From Ophelia neglecta (taxonomy: Eukaryota): a DNA stretch of 64,000 nucleotides. Location of the stretch: assembly GCA_965285935.1 (NCBI GenBank), contig OZ260661.1:61876001-61940000 (forward strand), read 5' to 3'. The notes beneath the pieces are model-generated. The model was not told where the DNA came from. It saw nothing but the letters and a program-made list of their open reading frames with translations, and searched no databases. The position numbers and the translations under genes were made by a program. Positions within the stretch are counted from its first letter, which is position 1, and the number at the start of each line of letters is the position of its first letter. Positions 41,301 to 54,272 of this stretch are shown piece by piece.

Positions 41301-44300
41301 GCCAAGTCAATACCTCTGTCTAGCCAATAGGAAGAGAGTCCTAGTCCAAAAAGCCAATCAAATGACTCCAGCCTATATATACTGGGAGTTACTAGCTACC
41401 CTACTTGACTGTTTAGAAGTCACTTGTGTTGCCACCAGATCACATCTTATTACCCTTCCGACAAACCCGTATCTAGTACCTCATGGTCTACCACACGTAA
41501 GAAATTTTGCCAGGAATCTAGGGAAACTCGGTAAACATGCACCCAACACTGATTGACTCACAAATCAGGCTCAGAAAAAGGACACCAGGCAATGTGAGCA
41601 GAGTAACACAACCTGTGCTGATAACAAAGGAGATGTTTAAGCAAATGAAATGCCTTAACATGGCCATGAGGGCATATGAAACCAGATGAATCACTGTATT
41701 TGCCAGTATTGGAAGACAATCTCTTTTCTGAGACGGGAGCAGGTGACGACTCTTCACAATTGGATGTCCAAATCTTTATAATCCACCTACTGATAAGTAG
41801 CAAGACTGATCAAATCAAAGTCCTTCAGCAACCACTAACAGCACTTCTCAGGTTCAGCACTCCTCAAAGGAATGGTTAAAATGCAATAAATAAATGATAT
41901 GATTGGACCAACTCACTTCAAAATCTTATAGCCATAGGCTAATAGCATTTTATAAAAAGTTTATCTGAATTTCAAAGGAAACACATTGATAATATATGGT
42001 GGGGGTAATTAATGAAATTATTTGAAGGAATTTCACAAATACAAATCAAAAAAATAAATGGGGAACAGTGCTCTTTCCATACTTGAGGAAGTTTTATTCT
42101 AAAGTTATTTTTTGTATTAAATTACCAGTTTTTTGGGAGGTGAGGAGAGTTGCCAAAACAATAAAAATTTGAGACCCCATATCTTACTGTGGTTCTAGCT
42201 ATCACATTCCACATAAAATATTGTGAAAGTGCCAGAAATCTATTTTAAAGCATATAATCCTGAAACAATACAAAGCAAATGAAAAAGAAGAATGCAAAAT
42301 TTCTTAATATAAAAAAGTGGAGCCTTTCTAACAGTGATTCAATGTTGGGTTTATATTTATATTTATATTATAGACATCTAGAACAAGTTACCAGCCTAGC
42401 TTGAGTGTTACATTTCAGGCACAGTCTATATTTTAGCAAACATGTATTAAAACTATTGTAATCAGAGTGGGAAAAGTCTCCATGTGGCATATCCAGAGCA
42501 CCCTACAGGTAGTCCAAAAATCTCTGACTTTAATGGCTTTTTAATGTATTGTCAAATGGATATGCCCATTTATTGACCCTACCTATACCAATATAGTCAG
42601 AGATTTTCTGGCCACCCTACAGGACCCATCTCCAGTCACTCCAAATACCGAGATTAAAACAATACCATGAATAATATTGAGTACCTCACTTTATTTATAA
42701 ATGGAAGGAAAAAAGGTTATATCAACATGAAAATCACTCAAGGCAGGGCAAAAATATATCATCTGGAGGAATGGTGAAACCTAGTCCAACTAACTGTCTA
42801 CTTAATTGTTCAAACTTGGCTACATTAGACAGGTGGCCGTATCTCAAATTTCAACTTCAGTGTGGCTGAATTGTTAAAGACAGACAACAGGCATATTAAG
42901 CATCCCCAAAGCATGTGACTCAAGTAGTTGTCACTTCATCAATATTGATTTTTGTTAAGAAAATACCTCTTACCATAGCAAAATACATTTATATGTATAA
43001 TTGTCTGATATTGGAAATCATTCAATCACTACAATTGTGAAACATGGGTTAGGCACAAAGACATTTTAACATTTCAGGCCAGTAGAGATACCCAACATTC
43101 TTCTAGCAATCGATAACATTGAGATGGCAGTCATATATGGACAGTTTGCCATGGGACAACTATCCATCCAAATCTCTATTCTGGAAGGCATTAAAGACAT
43201 TGACAAATTCCTCATAAACTGTATATAAACACAATATTCACTGCAAAGTAAATGAGGAAGACATCATAATGACATTATAATTCCCTGAAGAGTTCCCAGA
43301 ACCCTTTTGTTCCTTTGGCCCTAATAATGATAGCTATGTAATGCTACAGCTACCTACAAGAGTTGTAAAACTTGGACCAATTGGATTTCTACAACAGCAA
43401 TCGAGTGACGACTGTTCTGAGAACCAGCAATACACACAACTAATATGTTGTTATTTTAGTAACTTACAAAATATACATATATATCTCATTATTCACTATG
43501 TCTAATTGGTAATATTTAAGTTTTTTTGTTTCTTTAAGACTCTGTTTAAAATAATATGTAAAGATCAAATTTAGTCTAAAATGTGTTTCAATAAGAGGAT
43601 GTATTCAGAACTGTATCTAAATGAAGTTTGAGAGCTGTGAGAAGTGGCTGTTTAGATGACTATTAAATGTAGTAATAGATCTAAGTGTATTTTTCTGGAC
43701 ACTTTGTATGACTATACTTCATACAATAACCTACTATTACATTAATTTGTACACCTGCATCAACGTTGAATGCCATTGTATGCCAACACAATGACCCCTT
43801 AAGGTATCATGATCAAAATATTGAAGTGGAACTGAAATCCCACGAACCAAGTCTGTGCATGTATGTTGTACATTACTGTGTTTGAATACCTTAAAACTAT
43901 TCTTTACCATAACTGAGGAGTGAGATGGCAAAAACAATGGGGTCTACCAGCAATGAAACATGTCACCATTATTGTGGATATTAAATTTAAAGTGTTATGC
44001 CTGATATAATGAGAGAATTCACCACAAGTAGTTGTTTTACCAAACACTAGTAGTTGATTAAGCAATCATGAGTAGTGGTTTTACACACCTTAACGAAGAA
44101 TCTCTTGTCTGATTTGGCAGGATTGTAGGATGCCAGGTATGCAGCAATCAGTAGGTATTTAGAGTAGAAGGGTAATTCAATGTTGCTTCTTCCTGAAATG
44201 CCTGCAAACCAATCTAAACTTTGAGAATGAGGCATATGACATAAAAATCCATGATTAGCCAACAAATAAAACAGATTCATTGTGTAGATCACAAACTGCA

Positions 44301-47300
44301 GTCCTTGTACAAACATCTATTATTACTACTACAGTGAAACTTGTGAACTTGTGAATTGAGACCACCTAAGGAACTGCAAAATACAGGTCTGATTATGTAG
44401 GTGGTCTGACTAGACAGGTCATTAAACATTTTAAGTGTGTAGTAGGGTCTTCATATTAGAGGTCTGAATTGACAGGCAGGTTTCACTGTATATATTCATG
44501 AAATATTTCTATATTTTCATAGGTCAGGTACAACACATACCTTGGACAGGAGGCAATTCACTGTTTTCAGATGCCAGTTGCTGCATCTTCTCCCATTGGG
44601 CACTGAAATTACATTTGTCCAGAGACCACAATTGTCAGTTTGTTGTAGACAAAAAGACTTAGTTTACAAATTTTTATAGATAAATAAAAAAAACACAAAT
44701 ACTTGACACATTAATACAGAAATGGACGTTTGAAGTTGCTTAGATATACATGTCTCAGTGCCAAGTATCAGTGTTTACCATAAAAAATGGGGGAAGCAAT
44801 AATAAGAAAATAGCATGCCTTGGCTTGTAATGTTTGCAGAAGGGCAATGACATGATCAACTAAATCCAAACAATGTTGTCTAATCGTTTAAAAAATAAAC
44901 AAGACATAAAGTTGCAAAAATGAATCTCAAGAATCCCGCACAAAAGTTTTGGGCATAGTATGAAAGGCTGATCAATTTTGTTTCTCGTCACAAGAGTATT
45001 TATCAGAATATGATAGACTGTTTGATGAATATCTAAAGACATTTCACCACAAAAATCATCATTTCTTTTTTTGAATCACATAAAGATCTGCATGATTCTG
45101 AAGTGAACACTGTTATGATTTTGCTGAACAGTCTTTTGGTGGATAACCTTAAGGTTGCTGCATTTTGACTTGTTCAGCTATTGGTAACAACTCATCTAGG
45201 TGAGTGATGATGCAAGTAAAGGTTTTCTAAATCTGAAGGTCAGAGTTTTGTGACAAAGCATGTAGCAAAAAGTGTTCTGAAACTTCAATTTTCATTTTCT
45301 TTGTACACTCCGTCCCTCAGATCATTTTGTAAATCTGGACTCTGTGTGTGCAGGATAAAAATGAAGTAAAAGTTTACGGTATGCTGGGCATGGTTAAAGG
45401 TGTAGCTGTTCTTATTACCTAGAGATTTCCCTCAGATACACAGTTTCAAGGGCTTTCTTTAAATGACTTTCTATGTTCCTCCACAGTTTGCGGGAGTCAT
45501 TCGCAGTGGCTGCAATAAACAGTAGATCATTTCATATATAGCTTTCTAACTAAAACTAAATTAATTTCAATTACAAGTATCAGATTTGGGTTGATTTACA
45601 GCCAATGTAACAACCAGTAGCACATCCCTGATCATACAGAATACAGTAGCTATGTGGACAACTGTCTGATGAAGATACTGTTGCTTGAAAATGCCTGCTT
45701 ATATGACAGTTCACCAACTTTGGTAAATCAATTGTGTATGAGGAGTATAAAGCAAGGCTTGAATTTACATGTATGTAAGCAAACAACCATGAAGAACTGT
45801 ACAGCATTTTTGCAACAATGAAGGATTGAACAACAAAGCAAAAATGCATACAACAAAATATAACTACCTTCTCCTTTCTTGATAGGTTCAACATACTTTG
45901 GAAAATTTAGTATTGCCTGCAATGAAAGAGAGTTTATCAATTGACTTGTTGCTTTGTATTGGGTGTAATTGTTATAAGGTCTAAGGAATCTTACATTTGT
46001 CACATGCACCCCAGGTTTTGACACTTAATGATCCAAATAAAACCCTTATTTTGATCTGGGAATAATATGTCCCTGCTTAGATCGACCAGAATTCTCTAAT
46101 GTACTACTTACATCACAACAAAATGTGTAGCACCATTATTTTGATAAACCTTAAATACAAATAAATCTGACAGACAGTTGAGCAGACAGACAAAGCAAAC
46201 AGTTGTTATACCCGGTAATTACTAATCAACATGGTGAATATAATCAAGATACATGTATAACATTCTACTTACTAGATGTCGTAGTTCATTCAGATCCCTG
46301 CATGCAACATGGAAAACACTCAGTAACAGGTTCGTATAGTTCATGTACAATTCTCGTGGATAATCACTGGGAGAGTCTGCTGACATAATTTCAACTAATT
46401 CGGCTGAAAAAATATATCAATATCTCCTTAATTGCATGGAGCCAAACAGATATAAAATGTTTACTTGACTCAGAAATGTCAATAACGTATTTAGTGATTT
46501 TGACTGGAAAAAGGTCGCACTCAGGGTATGCCCGTACAATGTACCTTTTGTGTAGTCGGGAAAATGTATGATGTATGGTTCCATGACACCAGTGTTGCCC
46601 CTAAACTTTTCCCAAACAATGTCCGTCTCAAAAATCACACACACATTCAAACCACTCTGAAAATAATAATACAAGGAATAGCCATCAAATACCTGCACAT
46701 TATTTATTTAAGGCTTAAGGCAACATCAGGCACTAAAGGCATTTTCATTGTTTACACTTTAAATATGGATGATAAAACAACACTAATAATATAAAAATTG
46801 TGCAACAAATAATTATATATAGAGGAAAACAGGATTTTAGCTAAATCTACTTACAAGTTCTTGCAGCCTGAGGAGAGCTGGCAACACATTTATGTCCATA
46901 TCTCTTAGCCTTTCTGCTCTTTCAAAAACCTTGAAGGAAAGATACTTGCCTTTTCAAACTAGAACAATTTAGGCACTTTTAAAACACCCAGAATCTTATA
47001 AAAATTCCATTGGAGTTAATTCACAAGGAGAAAATGTCATGCATAAAGACAAATAATACATGTAAATGCATAAAAAATTACCATTCTCATTTCTGATGTC
47101 TTTGAAAAAATGGAGAACAATTAAATAAAACACACTAAGTATTAGGGGTCATACTTACAATGTATGTGGTTTCCTCAGAAAGATTTTCTTCCTCAATGGT
47201 TTGTCTCAATAGGTATATAAAGTCATTCATATTGTCACACCTCACACTTTTTTCATATTCATTTAGAGCGCTTGGCTTTTTGTGTGATAATTGGTTGATG

Positions 47301-48623
47301 ATCTCTTCGTACATCATTCTTGCAGTAAACAGTTCAACACAATTCAAATTCGCATATTTACCCTGTAAATATTGGGAAGTTAAAACAATTGATTTGTATA
47401 ATTCTGCATCGTTTAATTGGTTGTCTCGTCATATGGAATGTAACTGAAAAGCCTGCCACATACATATACATTCAAATGGAAAAATCATCTTTAAAATAAT
47501 ACTGATATAATATATACAAGATTCTGTCCAATAAGGCTTAATAATATCCTACTGTATTTAAGATGAACCCTTTGTACCTGAATTTTATCCATAACTGCCC
47601 TCAAAACAGTTGACTTTCCAGTTGCACAGTGGCCATAAACAAAGAGACTTGGCACCACATAATGGCCCTTCTGAAAAATAATGGCAAGAAAAAACAACCT
47701 TTATAGACAGGCTATATACAAGTATTGCTATTTACTCCAGCTGAAAGCTGAAGGGCATACAGCCTCCTAGCTGGATGTACTAACCTATGGTGGCCTGGGA
47801 ACAAGCACAGAATTATACATGTAGTCCTTTGATCTGCCTAGAAAGATGCTGACAGGCATGATAGGCATGACAGGCATGACAGGCACAGCGCATAGCGCAT
47901 AAAAAAAGTCGGGCAGCTCATTTGTCATGAAATTACTAATTAATTCCTGATAACCTATTGTCACCTGAAAGGTGCGAAATGACAGAATTCCAGTCTTCGT
48001 GAAAAAAGAGCTCCAGACCTTTTTAGTACACAGTGCCATCAGTGCAGTGATAGTGTCCTCTTCCAAATGATAAGCTACTAATAATAACATGCTAAAGCCA
48101 TGACACAAATTATTAGGTGACACCCTAACAATGCTTTTTATGTAGCACCCTCTGGTACCATTCATTGCACTGGACTGGGGCAGGAGCAATAGCGGTCAGC
48201 ATGTCATTTACAGGGTTCTTTAGTAACGAGGAAAAGCTCAAGAAATGCAAAAATTTTGAATTATGCAATTATTGACTTATGATTTATTAGTAACTTGGAG
48301 TTTTAAATTTCATACATCAAATTCTGGGCGAAATTTGTGCATCAAATGATTTATTAGTAAATTTGTGCATCATGTCCACTAGTTGTCAAAGTGTGTTTAC
48401 TGTGTGTACTACTACCAGCAGCTGCCAGGGTGTGGTTTTAAGGCAGTAAGGTTTATATGCCTAAAATATCTACATATGCATGTAATACTATGATCATAAC
48501 AATGAATAAGATAAGGAGAATGCTTACTTCACCAAATAATGAGATCAACAAGTCAATTTGTGCTCTTCTGGACGGAACTGACTGGTATATGTCCTTGATA
48601 GCCTCAGGTACATCTAAATCCAT
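38353..48623 (-). CDS. ORC5: Origin recognition complex subunit 5 (~451 aa, 14 coding exons)
   Basis: Exons 48623-48528, 47670-47578, 47362-47159, 46929-46855, 46656-46545, 46403-46273, 45916-45868, 45509-45419, 44602-44541, 44201-44089, 40750-40694, 39993-39883, 38762-38650, 38401-38353 total 1356 nt in frame. Walker A GHCATGKS; motifs [42 protein letters not shown]. Confidence 0.97.
38940..39680 (+). mobile_element. Non-autonomous element with ~140-170 bp internal tandem repeats (Helentron/HINE-like) in an ORC5 intron
   Basis: Repeated TGACCTTGAAAATGAA..CCAAGGTCAA...TTTCCTATAGGTT...CTCTAGGC units (39036, 39180, 39351, 39484) followed by a (GTA)n-like tail. A similar tail occurs at ~12020-12180. 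Confidence 0.55.
41275..41617 (+). mobile_element. Inverted-repeat-bounded element (solo-LTR-like or MITE) with CCAAT-CCAAT-TATA
   Basis: CACAGTTTGTGTTAC ... GTAACACAACCTGTG (14/15 inverted match). AGCCAATAG at 41322, AGCCAATCA at 41352, TATATATA at 41374. No clear TSD. Confidence 0.45.
44332..44488. mobile_element. pogo/Tigger-like MITE
   Basis: TA-CAGTGAAACTTG...CAGGTTTCACTG-TA termini, with internal AGGTC/GACC repeats. Confidence 0.8.
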
Positions 48624-49584
48624 TTTATCTTAGACTGTAAAACAATAATTCACATTTAACTGGGTTACAATCATAACTTATCAAAGGACTCATGGGCATC
48701 AAAGATGAACATTTAATTACTTCTTAATTACTTCTTAATTCAATCTCCAGATTGTGACACCATCAGATGGGGGGGGGGGGGGGGGTCATAAAATTGTGGC
48801 TCAATCCTATAGCAGGGGGGGGGGGGGGCTTAAAGTTAAATCCCTGTCATTTCAATTGAAATACTGTAGTGGCTTTGGAAGTATTCCATTTTATTTACAG
48901 GAGATTTATTTCTTGCAAAAATACATGGTAGTGTGTGGCAAATTATTTCGCCTTGGAGGGGGGTGCATGGGGATCAACAAAACCATACTCTGAAATGGGG
49001 GGGGGGGGAGGATTACAGAATAGGTGCGGTCTGTGAAAGTGGAGATCGTAAATTTTCACCAAAACCTGAGTAAGGATTACATTGTGCCCCCCCCCTCCAA
49101 TGTTGCATGACCACCTCCTCTTATTTTTGGGACAATTTAATTTAAACTCATATTACTTGTCCTATGCACACATTTACTTGTAATGAGTCCATGGCTGTCA
49201 AGCAAGTGGGTTCTAGAAATTGTTTGCCATAAGTCAGCCAACTCAAACAACCACCTGCCCTGTTTCTCCTATTTGCTCTAGCCCTAACAACCCCCCCCCC
49301 CCCCACCCCCACACCGTCCTGGTGAAATTAAATATTTGGGAAATGATTTCACCATATCTGCATAGGAACAGAGTTTAATCTAGATATATCAGGGGTAAAC
49401 ACAAGTCATCAAGTCATATATTGGCTGAGCTGTGCTCATCAAACATTTAGTCAAACTACTTTAATACATCTGTAGTTTTCTGCACATTTACTTAAATGAC
49501 AGTAATGTTGTCTAATCCCGGTCTGATCACAGTTGTTTGGCGTTTTTCCTATTTATATACTGGCGGTTGCAAATGGTTATTTAC

Positions 49585-49756
49585 CTAATTTCTAGAGCGG
49601 TATTCAACGAGTTCAATCAATCTTCTGTTTTCAACACCATGTTGTCTTCCCCGCGCTGAGATCCGCTATGAATGTAGGGAGAACTTCTGATTGGTCAAAT
49701 AACGTCGAGGAAAAGAGACTTCCGGTAAATGTAAACAAGGAGTGGATTCGGCCCAG
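49585..49756. promoter_or_regulatory. Candidate bidirectional promoter and first non-coding exons of ORC5 (-) and LHFPL (+)
   Basis: Locally CpG-enriched. Minus-strand donor TAG|gtaaat at 49585 and plus-strand donor CAG|gtgaga at 49756, with matching acceptors at 48634 and 50959. Inverted CCAAT (ATTGG 49690-49694) and ETS site ACTTCCGGT (49718-49726) lie between them. Confidence 0.65.
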
Positions 49757-50987
49757 GTGAGAATATGTTAGACTATCTAACTTTATTTGCAATCTTAGAC
49801 AACAGTTTACTGAAAAAACATGCCAGATGTTTATTAAGTCGACAAATAATGTGCAGCAAACAAGAAAAACTGTTTTAGTAGTTCTGAAATAGTAAATTTA
49901 GGTGATTTTATTAAATGTCACACCTGGCTGAATTTGTGGGTCGTGACATCTGTATAACTTCACTTCTATTTGACAGTAGGAGTACTAGTAGGAGATTCTC
50001 TTACAGGCCTATAGCAGAGACGAGTTACTTTTTCTGTACAATTGCTTTCTATCTCTGAAAATTAATGAATGTAATACCAAATATATCTACTAGTAGAACA
50101 TGTCAAGTTGAACATTATTTATAGTTGGCCGGTTATCAGTCATCAGTGTATTCTGTGGCAATATTGATTAAATGATGCATATCAATGTGTAAATATAATA
50201 GGGTTCATTACCCAGCGACCTGTATTATACAGGTCGCTGGCTAATACAGGTGTATGAGACTGTCGGTCTTTATACATGTTCAATAGACTGTATTGTGTCC
50301 AGTGAACAAGATGAATTATTTTATAGATTAATGAATCTTGAATATTTTTAAAGAAGTTAAATAATTACTGATTGCAAATTTATGGTGGTTTTAATATTGT
50401 ATGAAAATGTTTTAACAACATTTAACAAAGAAGAAAACTCATTTACTAATTAATCAATAAAACATATTAAAGTAGGTAATATATATATTGATTGTTTGGA
50501 AATTGATTCCTGATATTTCATATTAACATGGGAAATTAATTACTGGTATTTTAAATTGTGTCCAATTTTTGTGATTTATAATAGGGTTTCTTTTGACATG
50601 ATCCCCCTATCCTCCCTGCAGACCCATATAGCCATTAATTCTTTACTTAAGAGTGAACTATGTTCAAATATGTGTCCTGTTCAACATATATTGCTACACA
50701 TGTCTGCCATGACAGCCTTTCCCCAAAAGATGTATGTCTGGCATAATATTATTTGCTCCAATAAAGGTATGATTCAGTCAATTTTTGCGAGGGTGGTGAA
50801 GGTACCTTGTGCCGTATATGTAGTGACCAGTTTGGTATTGTGAGTCATATCTACCCATGCTAACATTGTGTGCCTGTTTTGGTATGAAATTTTATATGCA
50901 GGATAATGTATTTAATATTATATATAGGTTAAGACATGTTTTCTATTAATTGTTTCAGGAGTCAGGGAGTCACAGAGAGTTCACAAA

Positions 50988-53900
50988 ATGGAGTACCAGA
51001 CGCAAGAAACCTCCAGGGTGTACTACACCAAATATGTTCGCAATTCCCGGGCAGTGGGAGTGATGTGGGGAATCTTTACCATTTGCTTTGCAATCATTAA
51101 CATTATTGTTTTCATCCAACCTCAATGGATCGGAGACACTCTTGATAGTCCCGGCACTGGATATTTTGGCCTGTATCAATTCTGTGAACTCTTCCAATCA
51201 GGCCAAGACTTGGTTTGCCAGGGAAGTTTCAACAATTTCAACACCATCATATCCGATCCTTTTAAGGCATCAGCCTTTTTTATTGGATTTTCTGCCATAG
51301 TTGTGCTTCTTTGTATCGTCTGTATGATTCTCTTTGCATTCATCAAGCCTGGCAAAGTGTACCTCATCTGTGGTTGGCTGCTCATAATTTCAGGTAAGTT
51401 TCATGTCCTTGTATTGGCACTGCATGGCCATTGGCAAGTCATCATTTAATACTGATAATTAACATCTGACAATATGGTGAATGCTATTTATAATTGAAGG
51501 TTGCATGTACATGTGTACATGTGTAAAATCAAATTAGGTGATTCCAGTATATGTATAAAACTCAAGCAAGCACTTCTTTGTAGCATGTGGAGAAGGACAG
51601 GTACATTGTCTATGACCATGTACTAAAGAACAGTGTCTAGCACAGTGCTTTTCTGCTATGCATGGTCTCATTCATGGAATTCCATCTTTTTGTTGCAAAA
51701 GGGCTATGCACTGTATACATTGAAAACTGTTCATACTTGGTTGCTCAGCTGAAACACCGCGTGAACACCATAGACCATAGCATGACTTGAATACATTAAT
51801 TAATTGATCATGTGGCCATTTCCTCAAGCAAAAGTATTACAGTTGCCAATTTTGTTACTGAGTGGGTTTCACATACATGTTCCTTTGTTAGTTCACACAT
51901 ATTTCCCTGGTGAATATGCTAGTGGGATGTTGCGTTGTTTGTGTAAATTCTTTTGCTATCTGTTAGGCATTTCCGAAAGTCTATACAGTTATACTACAAG
52001 CTGTATATACTGTATATATAATTATATTATCTGAAAGAGAAATCCAATTAAGCCCAGAATAAAAACATGAAAAAGAGACATACATTATTCAGTGGGGGCC
52101 TGATTTTTCCATGCTAAGACACTTCCTTATTACCCATATATGTACATGTAGATGTATATATGCAATTTAATTAGTCCTAATTGATGTATACCAAAACACA
52201 ATGAAGCGGTCATATAAATGATGTAAAAATTGAAAACTTATTTGGATAGACATATAAACAAATTAAAACAATGTTAAATAATTGACTTAGTTCATCATAA
52301 TTTATTCCACTTTTCCTAAAACAAAGTGGGGGCAGCCTAAGTGTAAACTGAAATAAAAATCAACATTTATGGCTTAAAAGGATTGTTAAAATGGAATGTT
52401 TTGTATCATTAAGCATGATGCATGTTAACTTTTAACTTTTAAATCATTGTTTTAGGACTATGCATGTTCTTGGGGTGTGTTATCTTCCCAGCCGGTTGGG
52501 ACAATGATGACGTAAGAAGAATCTGTGGCGCTGAAGCTGAACAGTATCGCATTGGTAATTGCGGCGTTCGCTGGGCCTTCATCCTGGCTATTATTGGAAT
52601 ATTTGATGCTCTCGTCCTCTCCATTTTGGCTTTCGTACTTGCCAGCAGACAGGCATACTTCCATGAGTATACTGGTCAAAAATGTAAGTTTGATAAATTG
52701 ATTTTTGAAATATTAAGATTTTTAATATTCATATTCCTTCACTAAAATGATCATGGCTGGCCATGATCTCACTATGCATTGGATTGTTATACCTCATGAT
52801 TTTTCATCATTGTTCTCCACATAAATTTGTTATTTAAGAGTAAAGTGTGTGTTTAAAGCATTGACACTAAACAGGGCTATCTAGACATACATTTTAAATG
52901 TCAGTTTTATTAAACTATTCCAGTTATACCCAATTAATAAGTATGGTAAGTTGACATTGTCCCATCGGCAAAAGAGGACCATTTTGCACTGGCTTAGATT
53001 GCTCTTCCCTTTATATTTCATCTTTAATGTGCACTATTCTGCTCACTATTCAAAAAATGTGTGAATATCTGGATCTATCATGTATTCTAGTAGCAAATCT
53101 GAGATATGTATTAAAACCCTAGTCATAGGTAAATATGATAGTATTGCTTAGTTCAGTCTGATTTGCAACCTTGAAAAGTTAGAGCATATTAAATCAAACC
53201 ATGAGCACATTTGCCAACCACCTTCCTTTTGTACTTTCATTTGTTTGATTTTTGAGACAATTTTCACTTAAGTGAAAAGGGCAACACTTCTATACAAAAT
53301 AAAAAAGCATTCTGTATTTCCTGAATTTGTCTTAATTATGCTACTAGAACTAAATAGAATGGCCACGCACCCTGCCGCAGTACATTGTTTTAGCCATAAC
53401 TAAGCAATGCTTGACGCATTTAATATTTTTTTCCTTATTGATGTATTTGGGACTGGGAAATGTTTATGGATACTTTTATGAACTTATTGCTACTACTAGT
53501 CTCAAGTTAAGATATAATAACCACCGTGCTTATATAAGGTGAGCCATTGACAGGGATAAAGTGCCTGTACTTGGCCATGAACTGATTAACACTTGCCAAT
53601 GGGAGAAAATGGAAAAAGATTAGTTGCCATGGCAATACGAAATGAAATGTGCAATTGACAAAAAATAGTGAAGGCCTTTCTTGCCACTACAGGCAAATTG
53701 AAGTGTGTTGAGAAAACTATTGGGGGGGGGGTCTTTATCAATTCAATCTGACAGTGTTATGTATTCAAATTGGGGATGGGGGGAGGGAGGGGATACAAAT
53801 TCCTGTCTATGAATTTCTGGACATTTCAAGTAATTTCCTAGCAAGTTCATAGCAAGTACAAAATTTGGTTGGGAGTGGTCTGTAGGACAGACATGTTTAC

Positions 53901-54272
53901 TAAACCTTACCATAGGTGGGGGGCTTGCATTCCTAAACACTTTGTTGTTCATTGTGCTCAAAGTTTGCATAAACTGTGAATAAGAAGGCCGCAAGTAAAC
54001 TCTTCTGGTCATGTATTAAAGAGAGGTAACCTTTGTAAATAATCTGTCAGCACTATAAAAATGTAAATGAATTTATACAGTGGAATACCAGTATACACTA
54101 GATTATTGTTTGCTCTTCCTTTTTAGCTGACCTCAATGGCTATGCTATTGACACCGAGTCGAAGAGGTCGATGATGATTCAGCCAGTCCTCGCCGTCCCA
54201 GAAGGTGACCACTACTCAGAGTACTCCCATGCCTCAGGCAAACGCTCCAGGAAGGGAGATTTTGCTCTGTAA
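50988..54272 (+). CDS. LHFPL3: LHFPL tetraspan subfamily protein (LHFPL3/4/5, TMHS-like), ~259 aa
   Basis: Exons 50988-51393, 52456-52683, 54127-54272 (780 nt). Signature [22 protein letters not shown]...IQPQWIGD...GYFGLY, four TM helices, FPAGWD...CG...[14 protein letters not shown]. Ends KGDFAL*. AATAAA at 55733. The symbol is family-level (likely co-ortholog of LHFPL3/4/5). Confidence 0.93.

Noticed and set aside
43295-43330. Minus-strand SLLGPKEQK resembling the ORC5 LLGPKPF motif
   Set aside because: The real exon is at 39993-39883. This match is short and lacks further similarity.
50970-52679. Minus-strand ORFs overlapping LHFPL exons
   Set aside because: Antisense shadows of hydrophobic coding exons.
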